A DNA stretch of 64,000 nucleotides from Vicugna vicugna (lineage: Eukaryota): positions 5,661,067 through 5,725,066 of the forward strand of contig MU059758.1 in NCBI GenBank assembly GCA_013265495.1, read 5' to 3'. This document shows positions 10,261-23,739 of the stretch, piece by piece. The notes beneath the pieces are model-generated. The model made no database searches, was not told the origin of the DNA, and worked only from the letters and a program-made list of their open reading frames with translations. How positions within the stretch are numbered: the stretch's first letter is position 1; each line of letters opens with the position of its first letter. Both the position numbers and the translations under genes were made by a program.

Positions 10261-11849
10261 GGAAGCACCTAGTGTTTGCTGAAGGATTCACTGTGACCCC
10301 GGAGCAGGTCTGTGAGGCAGGCCTGCGTTCTGAACTCTCCATGAGCGCTGGTGTCCTTTCTTCATGGCTTTCCTCTTGCAGGCCCTCTGCCACGCCCCCC
10401 GGGCGAGCTCTCTTCCTTCAGATTGGACTTGCAAGACTGCCCCGGCAAACTTTTTTTTTTTAATTTCCAAACATTTTTGCAATTCTTTTGGGAGCAGATG
10501 ATTTCCAGATAATCTGGTGCCAGACCACATTAGGCAGGAAGCAATCTTGTGCTAACTGTTCTGTTTTGGCTTTGAGTCATCTTCCTCTCTCCCCACCAGC
10601 AAACATAAATCATGTCTAAATCTTTGCTGGGAGGACCACCTTCTTCAACGGAAGCAGAGAAGACGGATGAGCAGTGGCTGGAGCGGGCAGTCTGCAGGGC
10701 GGACGGAGGGGAAGGTGCCCTGGTCCAGGCTGGGAGATGCACGCAGCAGGGGGCTCTGCTCCTGCAGGTCAGCTTTTCAAAGGGACGGGGATGATTTAGG
10801 GAACCGAAATGGAGACCAGGACACGTTCCAACCTGCCAGGCCCAGGGCTGCAGTTCGTGCCCTCTGCCTGCCTCCCCACGGTCACATGTGGACCAGCCAC
10901 GTGAGAGCTTGGAGGGTGTGTGGGTAAGATTTGGGCCACAAAACCACCACAGAGAAGAGTTGGTCACCAAGTTCCTTTTCCAAAGTCCTGGCGTGGAAAG
11001 TCTGACTTGATAGTCGTTGAAGTGGTCCCGAGATTTTGATTTTTACAAAAAGGACAAGCGTAGTTGCATCATTGTCCACATTCTCTGTCACTGGAGGGCG
11101 TGAATGTGGGGGTCCTGCCCCTGCATGAGGCTGAATGTGGGGTGCCCCTGACAGTTTCTGAACAGGTGGTCAACTTGGTTGTATTGGAGGAATAGAGAAT
11201 CTGAGGAAAGGACTGGCTCAGACTTCAACGACAGGTCACGTTGGAGGAGTACACGGTCCAGCTGGTAACCAGGCCAGCTCCTTCCCTGCCCTAAATTTGG
11301 AAAGTTTGTGCACCAGTTCTGTCTCTGAACTTGAGTGCAACTGCTCTAAAGCAGGAGACACCGTCCTACTCACTCCTGTGACTGTGTCTGGAACATGGTG
11401 CATGGCACCCCTGGGGTTTAAAGAACCAGCACTGCTCCCTCATGCCAAGTAGATCGACAAAGCCAGGTATCAACTCTGCACTCACTCTGTTGTCACTAAT
11501 TAGGTTTTAAAGAACTGTCCCAATTAAACCGTTTAATTTGCAGTGTCTTCATCAGTTGTAAGATTCCTAAGAAAATGGAACATGCCTCCCACTTTGCAGC
11601 ACACACACCGTGCTTGGCAGAGGTGACTTGCTATTTAAAGGCGAGTTTCAGGTCCTGTATTATCTTTGGGTCCCCAGATCCCCTCCATCACCCTCCCTCC
11701 CTGTCTGTCCTCATGGGGGTTCAGGGCTGCTACTTCATTTTAAGTCTAAGTGACAGAAGCAAAGCCGAGAAGCTCCGTCTGGCAAAAACACATCGTATTT
11801 GGCAGTTAATGCAATTACACAGGTGTCTTTTGATCTTCAAGGGTTGAGA

Positions 11850-11965
11850 TTTTTTAAAATTTTACTTTTTGTTGAAGTGTAGTTGATTTGCAAAGTTAGT
11901 TTCAGGTGTACAGCCAGGCGATTCTGTTATACATATACATACACATATATACATTTATTTTCAGG
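11850..11965 (-). mobile_element. Cetartiodactyl/camelid L1 3' tail fragment
   Basis: ttgaagtgtagttgattt...gttagtttcaggtgtacagc...gattctgttataca is the same tail seen at 17.8, 40.3, 47.5, 50.7, 60.0 and 62.6 kb. Confidence 0.8.
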
Positions 11966-11989
11966 TTATGAGGATTGAAATCACGAGTC

Positions 11990-12135
11990 TAGACCACCGT
12001 TTCTCCAACTTTAATTTATACACGCATCTCATGGGGATTTTGCAAAAAAGTGGATTCTGACTCAGTCGATAGAACTGAGATTTTGCGTTTCTAACCAGCT
12101 CCCTGGTGATGCTGATCAAACTGACCTGGGTCTCC
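11990..12135. mobile_element. hAT-Charlie MITE (MER5A-like)
   Basis: gattctgactcagt...tttctaaccagctccctggtgatgctgat is the MER5A core. Confidence 0.65.
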
Positions 12136-12393
12136 CTCCCCACGGAAAAGTTGGGGTCTAAGGCACCTCGCCCAGCACCAGAGCACATGGGAAGTGACAG
12201 CTGCTACAAACTTGGCTACAATGTCAGTGTTTTGCCCCAGTAGAAACCTAGACTCAGATTCACTTAGCAGCGTTGACTCCGTTATGGGGATGGCTGGCTG
12301 AGGCACACCCCATCCTGACCACACTTACTCTCCACAACAATTAGAGAACGAATCCTGTGGGCTCTGAATTTTTTCTTTATTTCCCCCTGACTT

Positions 12394-12437
12394 CGTATGT
12401 GCTAAGCACGTGTTCTACCACTGAGCTACACCCTCCC
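12394..12437 (-). mobile_element. tRNA-derived SINE 5' fragment (camelid Vic-1-like)
   Basis: The reverse complement gggagggtgtagctcagtggtagaacacgtgcttagcacatacg matches the head of the full copy at 54127. Confidence 0.75.
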
Positions 12438-12964
12438 TGCTGGGCTCTGGAGTTTTGATGGCAGTGTTTAAGGTATGAGTTTGGGTTCCAGGGTCTGGTA
12501 CTTAGAATTTTGTTCAGAATGTCAGACTAACAGTTCTGGCTCTGCTTCCCCCCACCCCTGTCCAGCCCTGCAATTTTGTTGCTTCGAGTCCTCACCACCT
12601 TGGTAGCACTCCATTGACTCCAGACAGACTTTCTCATATTATGTCCAGCTTCTCTGGTGTCAGGAGTAAGGTGGGCCTGAGCCCTCCTTATCTGCCCACC
12701 TGGAGAAAGCGGCCTTACACCCTGACGTCCGGAGACTAGTGCTGCTTGGGATGTAAGTTGTGCCTATGCATTTTTGAGGATTTCCTTAAGTTAAGTAATT
12801 ATCCACTTTAACACTTCAGAAACCATCTGTATGAAAAGATTCTGTCTTTCCTCTCTCTGTGAATATGCAGCTAATGTGCCCCAGAGGGAGGGAAATAACT
12901 AATATCACTGATGGCAAGTATCTGTAAAAACAGAAGCGTGAGGGAGGCTTGGGGGCAGAAGGGA

Positions 12965-13340
12965 AGGTGACATTTCCAGCCACAGTAGAGGAGCTAGTAT
13001 TGGACTAACCCTCTCAGTAAAAATAATAAAAGCTGAAAAAAGTACGTGAAGTGTTTTGAGGCATTGGAATATAATCAGTGCAGGCAGGGCCAGAGGTGGG
13101 ACGATTCCCAGAGAAGGGAGCACTTCAGGGTGAGCGCCACAGTGGTCCTGAGCTTCCCCAGACAGCACCTGCCTGCTCTCGGCTCCAGGGAGCCGGGACC
13201 CAGCATTCAAGAGAGCCTGCCTGGGCTGAGGAGATGTAGGCTGGAGATGAGGGCTGCAGCAGAGGCAGCTTGAGATGCAAAACTGCATAAAGGAGGGAAC
13301 TGTGCAGAAATGAACCGAAAAGTCTACATGTGATTTGCCT
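12965..13340 (+). mobile_element. Old L1M 5' UTR remnant
   Basis: catttccagcc...gtgttttgaggcattgg...cagggtgagcgccacagtgg...cttcccc resembles L1MC/MD 5' ends. Confidence 0.5.
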
Positions 13341-13459
13341 CAAAACATCTGTCTGCTCTTAAGGTGGGAGTAAGAATCCAGCAGGAAATTGCAGCTTGGG
13401 GCTTAGAGAGGTGACTGGGGACTTTTTTTAGCCACAGGGCACAAGTGTCCTCTTTTCTC

Positions 13460-14245
13460 CATCTCCACACCAGCACTTGTTATTTGTTGTCTTTTTGATG
13501 GCAACTGATGTGAGGTCATAGCTCACTGTGGTTTTGATTTGCATTTCCCTGATGATAAGTGAGGTTGAGTGAGCACTTTGTCATGTGCCTTTTGGCCATC
13601 TGTATGTCTTCCTTGGAAAATATCTATTCAGTTCTGCCCATTTGTACATCAGATTGTGTGGTTTCTTTTGTTATTGAATTNNNNNNNNNNNNNNNNNNNN
13701 NNNNNNNNNNNNNNNNNNNNNNNNNNNNNNNNNNNNNNNNNNNNNNNNNNNNNNNNNNNNNNNNNNNNNNNNNNNNNNNNNNNNNNNNNNNNNNNNNNNN
13801 NNNNNNNNNNNNNNNNNNNNNNNNNNNNNNNNNNNNNNNNNNNNNNNNNNNNNNNNNNNATTCATCACCAAGACTTATGTCAAGTAGCTTACTGCCTGTG
13901 TTTTCTTCTAGCTTTCAGGTCTTACATTCAAGTCTTAAATCCATTGTGAGTTGATCTTTGTGTATGGTGCAGATAGTTTCATTCTTTTGCATGTGGCTGT
14001 CCAGTTTCTCTAATACCATTTATTGAAGAGAATGTCCTTTTTCTATTGTCTATTCTTGGGCCCTTTGTCATAAATTAATTGACCACAGCTGTGTGAGTTT
14101 GTTTCTGGGCTCTCTATTCTGTCCATGGACCTGTGTTCCTGTTTTTAGGCCAACACCATGCTGTTTTGATGACTATAGCTCTGTGATAATAGTTTGAGAT
14201 CAGAGGATGTGATGTGTCCAGCTCTATTCTTTCTCAGTAGATTAT
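13460..14245 (-). mobile_element. Old L1M ORF2 3' region, gapped
   Basis: gtggttttgatttgcatttccctgatg, ccatctgtatgtcttccttggaaaa and tttctgggctctctattctgt are antisense L1 ORF2 hallmarks. Confidence 0.9.
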
Positions 14246-14264
14246 TTTTATAGGTTGGAAGTTG

Positions 14265-14530
14265 TAAAGCAGCGGTCCATGAACAGAATCCAGCCGGTAG
14301 ACTTTTCTTAGTCTGAATAATATTATTTAAAAAAAAAGTCTTGCCAATATGATGCAATTTTACATAAAATTGTAAATTTAGTCACTCTGGAAGCAGAAAA
14401 AGGCTGAAAAATAACAGGAAAATAAAAGGAGACCTGCCTTGAGCATCCTGCCGACTTCAGCACTGGAGAGGGCTGCCCTTTGTTTGGCATGTGCCCTGCC
14501 TGCTTACCCCGGGCCCACCATGCCCTCTAA
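14265..14530. mobile_element. hAT-Charlie relic (MER102/Charlie8-like)
   Basis: cagcggtccatg..cagaatccagcc, ttacataaaat and ggctgccctttg..ggcatgtgc follow the order I recall for this family. Confidence 0.45.
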
Positions 14531-15009
14531 CCTCGGCTGGCTTCCATGATTTACACAACCCGCCAGACCCCTTGTGCAGGCACCTAAGTCCTATTACAGG
14601 GCTGGGGACCTTGTGAGGTCCCGTGGGGGCTCCTCAGGGGAGTATCCAGTGCCTGCCCCTTGTCGGCTTAGAAGTAGAATTTGTTCGAACGGCAGTCTAA
14701 TGAGCGTCAGACGTTGGGCCGCCCGTCGATTGTCCTGCCTGACGGCGATCTTGGAGCATCTCTCAGCGCTCCAGCCTCGCAGAGGACGACCTCTCTTCAG
14801 ACAGCGTCGGCTCCAAGAGAAGCAGGGGAAGCCGGGTAATTGGGTGTTCTGAGGGAATTGCTTGCCTTCCCGGAATCCGCTGCATTCTTCAGGCCCCCTG
14901 AGTCTTCTCAACCCTCGGGCCAAAGGATCCTGAAGAGATTTTTCTAACCACAATTATCCAAATCCTGTCTTGTTTTCCATTTCCTTTCTAAGCACGCAAC
15001 TTGAGTCAC

Positions 15010-15135
15010 TCAAGTTTTTTTTTTTTTTTTGGAGGGGGAGGGTAATTAGGTTTATGTATTTATTTTACTTTTAGAGGAGGTACTGGGACTTGAACCCAGG
15101 ACGTTGTGTGTGCTGAGCATGCTCTCTGCCTTCCC
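15010..15135 (-). mobile_element. tRNA-derived SINE (Vic-1-like), partly deleted
   Basis: Poly-T, then ggggagggtaattaggtttat...gaggtactgggacttgaacccaggac (B-box on the minus strand). Confidence 0.8.
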
Positions 15136-16744
15136 CACGAGTCACTAAGGTTTTGCTGGGCAACAGAGCCCTTCAGGTCAGGAGGGGCCTGAGAGGTCAC
15201 CACCAGCGTCAGAGTTCAGCCCCGACGAGGCCACCTGCCAGGATCAGCTTAGCACAGGGATCTGCCCGGCGCGGCGTAGAGAGGGCAACTGGACTGGTCT
15301 CCTACTGGCCACTGGGTGAAACTGGTGCAATGGTTCTTTCCGTCCCCAAGCCCTCAGTGCTTGCTGTGCATCAGAAGTCATCATTATCCGGGAGACCATG
15401 CTTGGGCAGAATGCTTAAAAGTCAGCACCCGCCATTAAGGGTAGTGAATTGGCACCCTTGTGTTTGGTGTGTGCTTTGATGTCCCGTTTCCAAGGCTGAA
15501 GTGAGCCTGGCAACCTCAGCTCTGTGATTAGAAGTGCACGGAACACGAGAAGCATCAGTGGTGGAGGAACATTTGGATGTGGCCCCGTCCCAGGAAAAGA
15601 GTCCAGCATCCTCCTTGTCATGCTGACCAGATCACCTCCAAGCCCCCCGAGTTCCCAAAACTCATCAGCCATCACCCCTGTCATCCTGCTGAGAGGTTTG
15701 TGGGGACCAGATTCTTTCTCCCACCTTTATCTTTTCTTATAAATATAAGTCTTTACCCCAAAAGGAGAGGAACCACTTAAAAAGAAAAGCTGAAAAGTAA
15801 CAGGAAAATAAAAACAACAGAGGCTTAACCCATGTTGGGGAGGGGTGGAGAGGTGTATTAAAGGACACCTGTAATCACAGTTTTACAAAACTGCCCAGGA
15901 CACAGTGAGCCTGCTCCCTGGGGCTCGTTCCCTTCAACGGCCTTCTCACTAGTCCCCTGAAGTCTATGTGCTTTTCTGCTTCTCCAGTGATGGAAGCTGC
16001 ATGCGGCAGACCCCCACTCTGTGAAGCCATTTGGCAGAATGTGCTGGTTGTTGGTATCAGTCATTGAAGTGGAGTCTCTTAAAATAGGCTTTTGGGACTC
16101 TGGGCACTGATGTCCTCAAAGCTCAGTGACACCGCAGCCGAGTGCGGTGTAAAAATAGACAGGCGTGTGGATCGGTGCAGGCCTGATGCGTGCTCACCAC
16201 CTCCTCCTGGCTGTCAGCGCCTCTGTCCTCTGGTCTCCCACCTACTCCCCATTATCCACCTCCCTCTTAACTCCACTTGCTCTCTTCCTCCGAGCTGGGG
16301 CCCTGAATGAGTTCCGGGAAGGGACAGTGAAGCAGCCGTCAGGTTTCCCAAGCCTAGCGTTTGGAGACTAAGGCCTATCCTGAGCTGTTCACTCGTTAGA
16401 AAGGTGTCACAGACGTGTGGTTAGCCCGGGTCTCCATGTACCATTGACCCCAAGGTTAGGACAGCACAATACAACTCAGAACAGCCTGGCAAGCGGGGAG
16501 ACCTTAAACTTGACTGTGTTTGCATACAGTGCACTGCACACTTCTAGTACCACACTCTAAAACATCCTTTAAAATAAATATTCCTGGTTGACCTTTGTTT
16601 AACATTTTAGGCTTGAATGCCAGAGATCATCTTGTGAGAAAGCATGATGTTTGTTACTGTGGCAAAAAGGCAGTGTGGGAGAGGGAAGGGGAGGGAGTGA
16701 GGCTGGGGGGTGGGGGGGAGGCCCAGAAATTCACTCTAGAAACG

Positions 16745-16960
16745 GGGAGCGGGGCCCGCTTGCCTGGATTGAAGGCCTAGCCCCACGCAGGACTGGGGTA
16801 AGAGCTGGCACGTAAGTCTGGCTACGTGCCCACCTCTGTGGGTGAAATGCTCCTATTTGACCCTGTTTATTCTTTACGATTTTTTATGATTATATGTATA
16901 TTTTTTGTTTTGTTTTGCAGATGAGGAGACTGACACTCAGGGCGGTGGAGCCAGATGCTT
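16745..16960. mobile_element. MIR fragments
   Basis: cctggattgaaggcctagcccc...ctctgtgggtgaaatg and ttgcagatgaggagactgacactcag are MIR core motifs. Confidence 0.5.
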
Positions 16961-17802
16961 CATTTCACAGAAGAACTAGTGAGTGAGGAGTTGGCATCAA
17001 GCCTAGCTGTGCCTGAGGCCACACCCTGGGGCACAGTTGAGCCTGCAGGCGGGGCGACACAGTGGGCGTCCCTGCTGGCGCCTTCGGGAGGAGGACACAG
17101 AGACAGAGCGGCGGCGCTGTGAGTCTGATTCCTTCCCGGGAAAGTGCACTTTTACACCTTTCACGGCCCCAGTCAGGCCCGACCAGCTTTTCACAGAGTT
17201 GCTGAAACGCCACGCTTTCCCATTTAAGAGGCAGTTTTGATGGTAATTAGCTCAAACTGTCCTCTAAGACAGGCAGCAGCTTTTGGTCGCCTGTCACCTG
17301 GGCTGAGGCTGCTTGGCCCTCAGAGGCAGCTGGATTCTGGAAGGCGTCCGTCAGCCGCTCTGCTGATGGTTCTTCCGAGGTGACGAGCTGGGCGTGAAGG
17401 TCCCCTTCAGACCGCGGTCCCGGGGTGGGGCATCGCCCTCCAGGGCGTGTGTGCGGAGGTTAGGAGCTTTCCAGGGATGTCACTTCTCTGCTCAGAGAAG
17501 TGACGTGTGAGCGTGAACACCCAGTTGGGCACAGTGCTTGCACTTTTGGCAACACCAGAAGCGGAAGGGCAAACCAGCTCGGTTTTAAGGGGTCTGTATT
17601 TTTGAATTATCAGGATGTGCCATGTTCTCTGGGACTCTTTCACAGACTCAGGCTTGACAATTAGTTGCACACTGAGCCAAGATTAGAATTCCTGAATCAT
17701 AAATGGCCAATGGTCAGCTGGCAAAGAAGAGCATAGTATGCCCCTTGCAGGGAACATGAGATTCCCTTTCTTGGGCTAGAGACACAATGGAAGCCTTCTT
17801 TT

Positions 17803-18474
17803 GTTTTATTTTGTTTTATTGAAGTAGAGTCAGTTTACCATGTTGTGTTAGTTTCTGGTGGACAGTATAGTGATTCAGTTATACGTGTACATAAAACCCC
17901 TTTCAGGTTCTTTTTCATTACAGGCTGTTACAAGTTATTGAATATTGTTCCCTGTGCTCTACAGTGGGATCTTGTTATTTATCTCGTTTGTATATAGTAG
18001 TTAGTACCTGCAAATTCCAGGCTCTTTGTTTACCCTCCCTTCCCCCCCACGGTAACTACAAGTTTGATTTCTATGTCTGTGAGTCTATTTCTGTTTTGGA
18101 AATAAGTCCATTTGTGTCTTTTTTTTTTAGATTCCGCATATAAGTGATAGCATATGGTATTTTTCTTTCTCCTTCTGGCTTACTTCACTTAGAATGAAAA
18201 TCTCTAGGTCCATCCATGTTGTTGCAAATGGCATTATTTCATTCTTTTTTATGGCTGAGTAGTATTCCATTGTATAAATATACTGCAACTTCTTTATCCA
18301 GTCATCTGTCGATGGACTTTTAGGTTGCTTCCATGTCTTGGCTATTGGAAATAGTGCTGCTGTGAACACTGGGGTGCATGTGTCTTTTCAAATTAGAGTT
18401 CTGGATGTATGCCCAGGAATGGGATTGCTGGATCATAGGGTAAGTCTGTTTTTGGCTTTTAAGGACTCTCCCAT
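17803..18474 (-). mobile_element. Young 5'-truncated camelid L1 with target-site duplication
   Basis: Minus strand encodes the ORF2 C-terminus (FTAALFPIAKTWKQPKSPSTDDWIKK...) plus 3' UTR and tail. TSD gaagccttctttt (17790-17802) / gaagcttgctttt (18475-18487), with a TTTT/GA endonuclease-type site. Confidence 0.95.
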
Positions 18475-20934
18475 GAAGCTTGCTTTTGAAGTTTTAAAGG
18501 TCCAGGACAGGATCACTTTGTTGTTGTGCTGTGTTCTGCCAGCTCCTGCAGTAGAAACCAGCTGCTTCCCTGCTGTTGCTTTGAGGGCCGAAGAGCTCTC
18601 AGGAGCATCAGGGGTTTGCATGGTTGGATCCCCCGGAAGTAGAATTGCTGCCTCTTAGGAGATCATTGGACTCTTTCTTTCTAGAAATTCAATCTTTGCT
18701 TCAAACACCAGACCCTCAATTCCGGGGAGGAGTTTGCAGTTGGAATCTGTGGCCTCCTCAGGCTGCAGCAAAACACTCCCAGCCTATCTGGAGGGGCCCA
18801 TGAAGTCCTGACCTTGCCACAGGGCCGGCCCTAGGGGAGGTGATGGCTGAGCCGTTAGGATTATAAATAGTCTGTCTCTGCTCTCCAAAGAGAGGCATGT
18901 GTGCTTATCTCAAGTTGCGTGTTAACAGAGTTCTAGAGAAAGCAGAGTTTCCAGTCGCCTTTTTGATAAACACATTCTTGGAAAGGACAGCTGCTACCTA
19001 GTGAGAGACCCTGGGGAAGATATATTAAGCAAGTCTGAGGCCATCTGTCTGCACTCTTTGTGCCTACAGTTTGAAGTTCTCTCTAGTTCAGTCCTCAAAA
19101 GTGATGAGTTAGTGTCTGCACGGCCACCCAACTTCGGACCAGGCGGGGCGCCGATCTCACGTTGAGGGACTTTCCATGGCATTTTCTCAGGCGGGGTGGT
19201 CCCTGCTACTATGACGCCTGCAGCCGCAGGGCTGTGAGAAGAAGGCTCAGAGGGTGGCTTTCAAAGCCCTCAGCACCGATTTCTGCCCTGCCATCTTTCG
19301 CTTGTCCTTTTACCTGAACCAGCCTATCCGTTGTCACCCAGCAGACACACAGTCAGGCCTTCCACTGGAGTTGGGAAACCCCGAGAATCAGTTTATGTAA
19401 TGAGTCAACTGCAGAGCCTGGGTTCCACGTTGCCCAGGCCATTTCCGGGGGGCACGTGTCTGCTCTCAGAGGCACTGGAGGTCCACTCCTCTGGGGATGG
19501 CATCCTCTCTTCTTCAGACCCCTCCCTTGAGGTTCAGGTGTTTCTCCCAGCCCCAAACCACTGGCACTCAGGGAATTTTCCTCCTGAGCCTTAGACCTGC
19601 CCTTCAATTTCAAGAGTAAACGAGTCTTCTGGAACTTTCTTATATCTGACATTTCCCACATTAGTCCCCAGAAAATTCCCAGGCTGACTTTGCCATAATT
19701 GTGAACCGATGATCCCCTGCCCATCCCAAGAGCAGTCGGAGAGGGCGACCATCGGTGTCTACAACCCTATAGCCATCTTCCCTCACCCTGCCGCCCTCTT
19801 CCTCCCTCACCCACATCCCCCCGTGTCACTTTTAATGCAATTATGTTGAATTACGTAAAACTGCCATTTCTGAGATTCGAAAGTTACAATATTGGGAATT
19901 TCATGTGGTTCAACTTAACATTTTTGTCAAATGGCAGAATGATCTCTAGAATTCCTTCCCAGTCTCCCAATTTAGACCCCCTCCCCCAGAAAAAAACACA
20001 CACATCAGGGTCTCTTCCTGGGGAATCATGTTTCTGGAACATTATCTAAACAAACATCAGAATAATGCTAACATCGTGATAACTTCGTTATGGTTCACTT
20101 CTGCCCGCCTCCTCCCCAGCCAGGCAGTAAGCACCCTTAAATCCAAACGGTATTTTAATGCCCCATTGTAACCTCAGAGACCACATGTGAATGGTTCTGT
20201 TTCTTCACTGATAGGTTTAAGTACATAAGAAAGGGGGAAACAGGCATGTTGGTAATAAAGCAAAATAAGCAATAAGATGGTCAAACAAAATAACCCAAGA
20301 ACAGTTTTTATACTTAATATTTTTTTAATAAAAAATAGTTTCTCCATAGAAAACTAGTGTTTTACATAGAAAAAAAAAAAGAGGAAACAGATCACCTGAA
20401 GAACACTTAGAAAATAACTGATTTAAGGAGGTGACTGAGAACCCAAATGAGCAACTCAGAGGTGGTGTCCTGTGCAGTTGCTGCTGGCGGGAAGATGGGA
20501 GTGCATGAACACTTCCACCAACGCCAGCCTGGTTGGAAGAACAGCCCTGAGAGCGACTCCTGGCTCCCATCCTGGGGAGGCACCTTCCTCGTCAGTTCTG
20601 TACTCTTGGAGGTTCTGAAATGGAAACAGAAGGGGACCCCATGCTACCTGGGAATGAGGGGAAACTGTTTTCTGTATTGTCTAAGGAAGGTGGTTGGAGG
20701 GCAGGAAGAGGCCTGGACTTGCAAGGTGACCAGCTCCCTCTGGATGACTGGGAGTTCATCCATTCAGCCCTCAGTTTCTGCACCGGAGTTTGGGTTGATA
20801 ATACAGCTGTCACAGGGCTGTTCAGATATCGACAAGAATTAACCTGGGAAGCATTTGCTTTGGCGCCACATCAGTCTTTAAAGACTCGTCGAGTCAAAAT
20901 TCAATCAGAGTAACACTTAATTGTGCTTAATGAA

Positions 20935-21350
20935 GAAAGATTTTGTTCTCCCTGAGGTCTGGAATTAGGCAAGAATGTCCTCTCTCACCACTGCTGTTCA
21001 ACATAGTACTTGAAGTTCTAACCAGTGCAGTAAGGCAAGAAAAGAAAATAAATTACATACAGGGAAGGAAGGAAGGAATAAAATTGTCCTTATTTCCAGA
21101 TGACACAATCGTCTATGTTGGAAATCCTAAGGAATATTAAAAAAAAACACCAAAAACCCGTATCTCCTCTAGAGTTTAGCGAAGTTTCAGGTTACAATAT
21201 CAACATATAAAAATCAACTGTACTTTTTAATAATACCTTTGAATATGAGGAAACCAAAATAAAAAATAGTGACAATATCAAATGCTTGTGAGGATACAGA
21301 GAAACTAGATCTCATAGATTTCTGGTGGGTGTAACATAAAATGGTACAGC
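20935..21350 (+). mobile_element. L1M ORF2 reverse-transcriptase fragment with internal deletion
   Basis: Translates to [23 protein letters not shown]...[11 protein letters not shown] (RT core). Confidence 0.9.
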
Positions 21351-22929
21351 CCCCCTGCAGGCTTCTTCAGGCCAAAAACTAGGTTTTATGTTTAACGTGG
21401 ACTATGTATATAACAAATTCTTATGGATGTTTTCTGTCGTTTAGAAATAGTTAAGCCAAGGTTAATGCTTAAATGCCTAGATCTGAAAATAAGTTTTATT
21501 ACATAACTTCATTGCTTTCTTTTGGTGGGAATTTAACACAGATCACCCAGTTTTTTATTAAGTGTATGTCAAACTTCTCCTGCCCTCCAGGCACTGTTCC
21601 TGGGTGCTGAAATCATACGGTGAACAGTGTATCCCAGGACTTTTCACAAAGGTGGACAGTGAAGGCTTACAGAGGACCGATGAGCATGGAGCCAGCTGAG
21701 CCTAGCCTTGGAATGACCATTAACCTGTCAGCCTAGAGTCCCCCACCCTGTTGTCCATTGTCACCACGCCGCCCAGGTCTCCCCGGCCCCCTGGAGCACC
21801 TGCAGGAGGCGTGCTCAGTGGGAAGCTGCTCCTGGTCCCACTATTCCTCCCGATTCTTTTCCTCCCTCCAGTTATTGGGGCTGGAGACGGGCTCTTGCCC
21901 CAGAACCCGTGTTCCCAGTAGCCAGCTGGCATTTCAAAGGCAAAAAGGCACAGCTCTCCCCCTACCCTTGGTTATGTGCTGGTGAGATGAAGGACCCAGC
22001 GCTTCAGGCTGAGGGTAGGGAGCCTGGTGACCTTTCACCCTGCAGAGCTTTGGGCAGGTGGAGGGGGGCATGGCTGTTGGGATCCAGGGATGTGCGTTTT
22101 TTGTTTTCTAAAACATGTTCTTCCGTGATGCAGCTGCTCCAGCAGTGAGCTCTCTTTGCCTGTGCGTCCATCGGTGTTCTGACTGACCGAAGATTCTCTC
22201 CTTTACTGTCTTGGAAAACTGCTTTTTTTGGTTTTCCATAAGCATTTTGGCTTTAAGAGGTGAATGTGCCTCTTAAATCAGAAAAGTACACAAATTATAA
22301 ATGCACACATTCCGTCTTCACCGGGGCTATTCTTTCACACCTGAATCAATCGACCGAAAAGTGTGCAGTGAGTGTCCATGTGCCCAGCTGAGTGCCGTCA
22401 TGGGCTTATCAAGAATTAGCAAGTTGTGAAGACGTGAGAGCCTCCTGCCCTCGCCTCTGAAACTCCATGTTACTTTCAGTGAGCCACACACAATATACCA
22501 ATTTACTTGATCGTCTGATGGTCTTTGCTGGTGCTACACGCCTCAGCCGTGTCCTGTTAGTGAGATCCTTTCTGACCTAGGCTCAGATTTCCAGCCGTGG
22601 TCAGAATCTCTTAACTGCAGTGCCCCAGTCTGAATCCCTTAGTACCCACTGACCTCAGCCACAGAGTCAGCAAGCTCAGGTTCAGGCAGTGACAAGCCTC
22701 GTCCGTGATCTGGAGGAAAACCTACCATGTCCCCATGGGCATCGCATGCCTGAAATAAGACACCGGAACGCTCATACATCAGCTTTATTTTTATTAACAT
22801 TAAACGTCACAGCGATCTTCTTCCTGTTTCCTTTTCGTAGAGACTGGGAATTACACCAACCTGCATGTTTTCTTTTTACCACATTATACATTTATATAGT
22901 GTCAGCTGATGGATAAAACACGTGCTTGT

Positions 22930-23680
22930 CATCAGACAGTCCTGAGATCTGATTTCAGCTTCATCTCACACGAGCTGTGAGCATTTGGACAAATTACCTA
23001 ATCTTTGTGAGTCTCGATTTTGTTCGTTGGTAAATGCAGATAGCAGTGTTGAACCGTAAATTTGTTAGATGACTCATTGATGTAATTCCTGTAAAGCACC
23101 CACCCCATCCTCATGATAGAGATTTTTCTGGCCCAGGTAGGAGTTTTTAAAATAAATGCTTTTAGCAGACGTAGCCCTCTACTTACTTCTTTAGATCTTG
23201 GACCTACGCATGGACGTCCAGTTTCTAGAATCACTTTCTAATGAATATTTGCTGTGTATCCAGCCCTGTGCTGGGCATTTTGAGGAGTCAAACAAACTAA
23301 AACACAGATCTCTGACCTGAAGGAACAAATCATCTAGCACAAGAGGCAGTATTTATAAGGAGATGCTAAAACCATTTATAGAACGTTAAAAGTTGGGAAG
23401 AACTTTTGAGGTCACCTATTCAACCTTCTAGCCAATGAAGAAAGTCACTTATTATGGAAAATAAATGAATAATAGAAAAGCAAGAAGCTGGATGGATATC
23501 AGCAGCAGGGTGCCAGTAAAAGCTAATAATAACGCTGGTTGAGTCCTTGTTATACGTCAAGCGCTGTTCTTAGTGTTTTACTATGTTGTTTATTTAATCC
23601 TCCTGGAAGCTCTATGGGACAGGTACTGTTATTAGCGCTGGTTTTTGGAAGGGGAGACTGAGGCACTGAGAAGTAAGTGA
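22930..23680. mobile_element. Cluster of MIR (22930-23100, 23520-23680) and L2 (23240-23345) fragments
   Basis: MIR motifs ggacaaattacctaatct and ggagactgaggcactgagaag; L2 tail-like atgaatatttgctg...gtgctgggc. Confidence 0.6.
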
Positions 23681-23739
23681 AAAGAACATAAATGTTAGAA
23701 CAGCATCAAACAACATTTTTGCTGCTCTTAACATTTTTT

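Noticed and set aside
9020-10393. Long ORFs over the CpG island (264 aa plus strand, 233 aa minus strand, and others)
   Set aside because: Overlapping ORFs on both strands, non-ATG starts and Arg/Pro/Ala/Gly bias are expected from GC-richness. No domain recognised.
16129-16150. 8 bp hairpin ACACCGCA-(6 nt)-TGCGGTGT
   Set aside because: Too short for a miRNA precursor or other structured RNA; expected by chance in 64 kb.
18862-18869. Canonical TATAAATA with nearby GATA motifs
   Set aside because: A single short motif with no supporting ORF or exon structure; common by chance.
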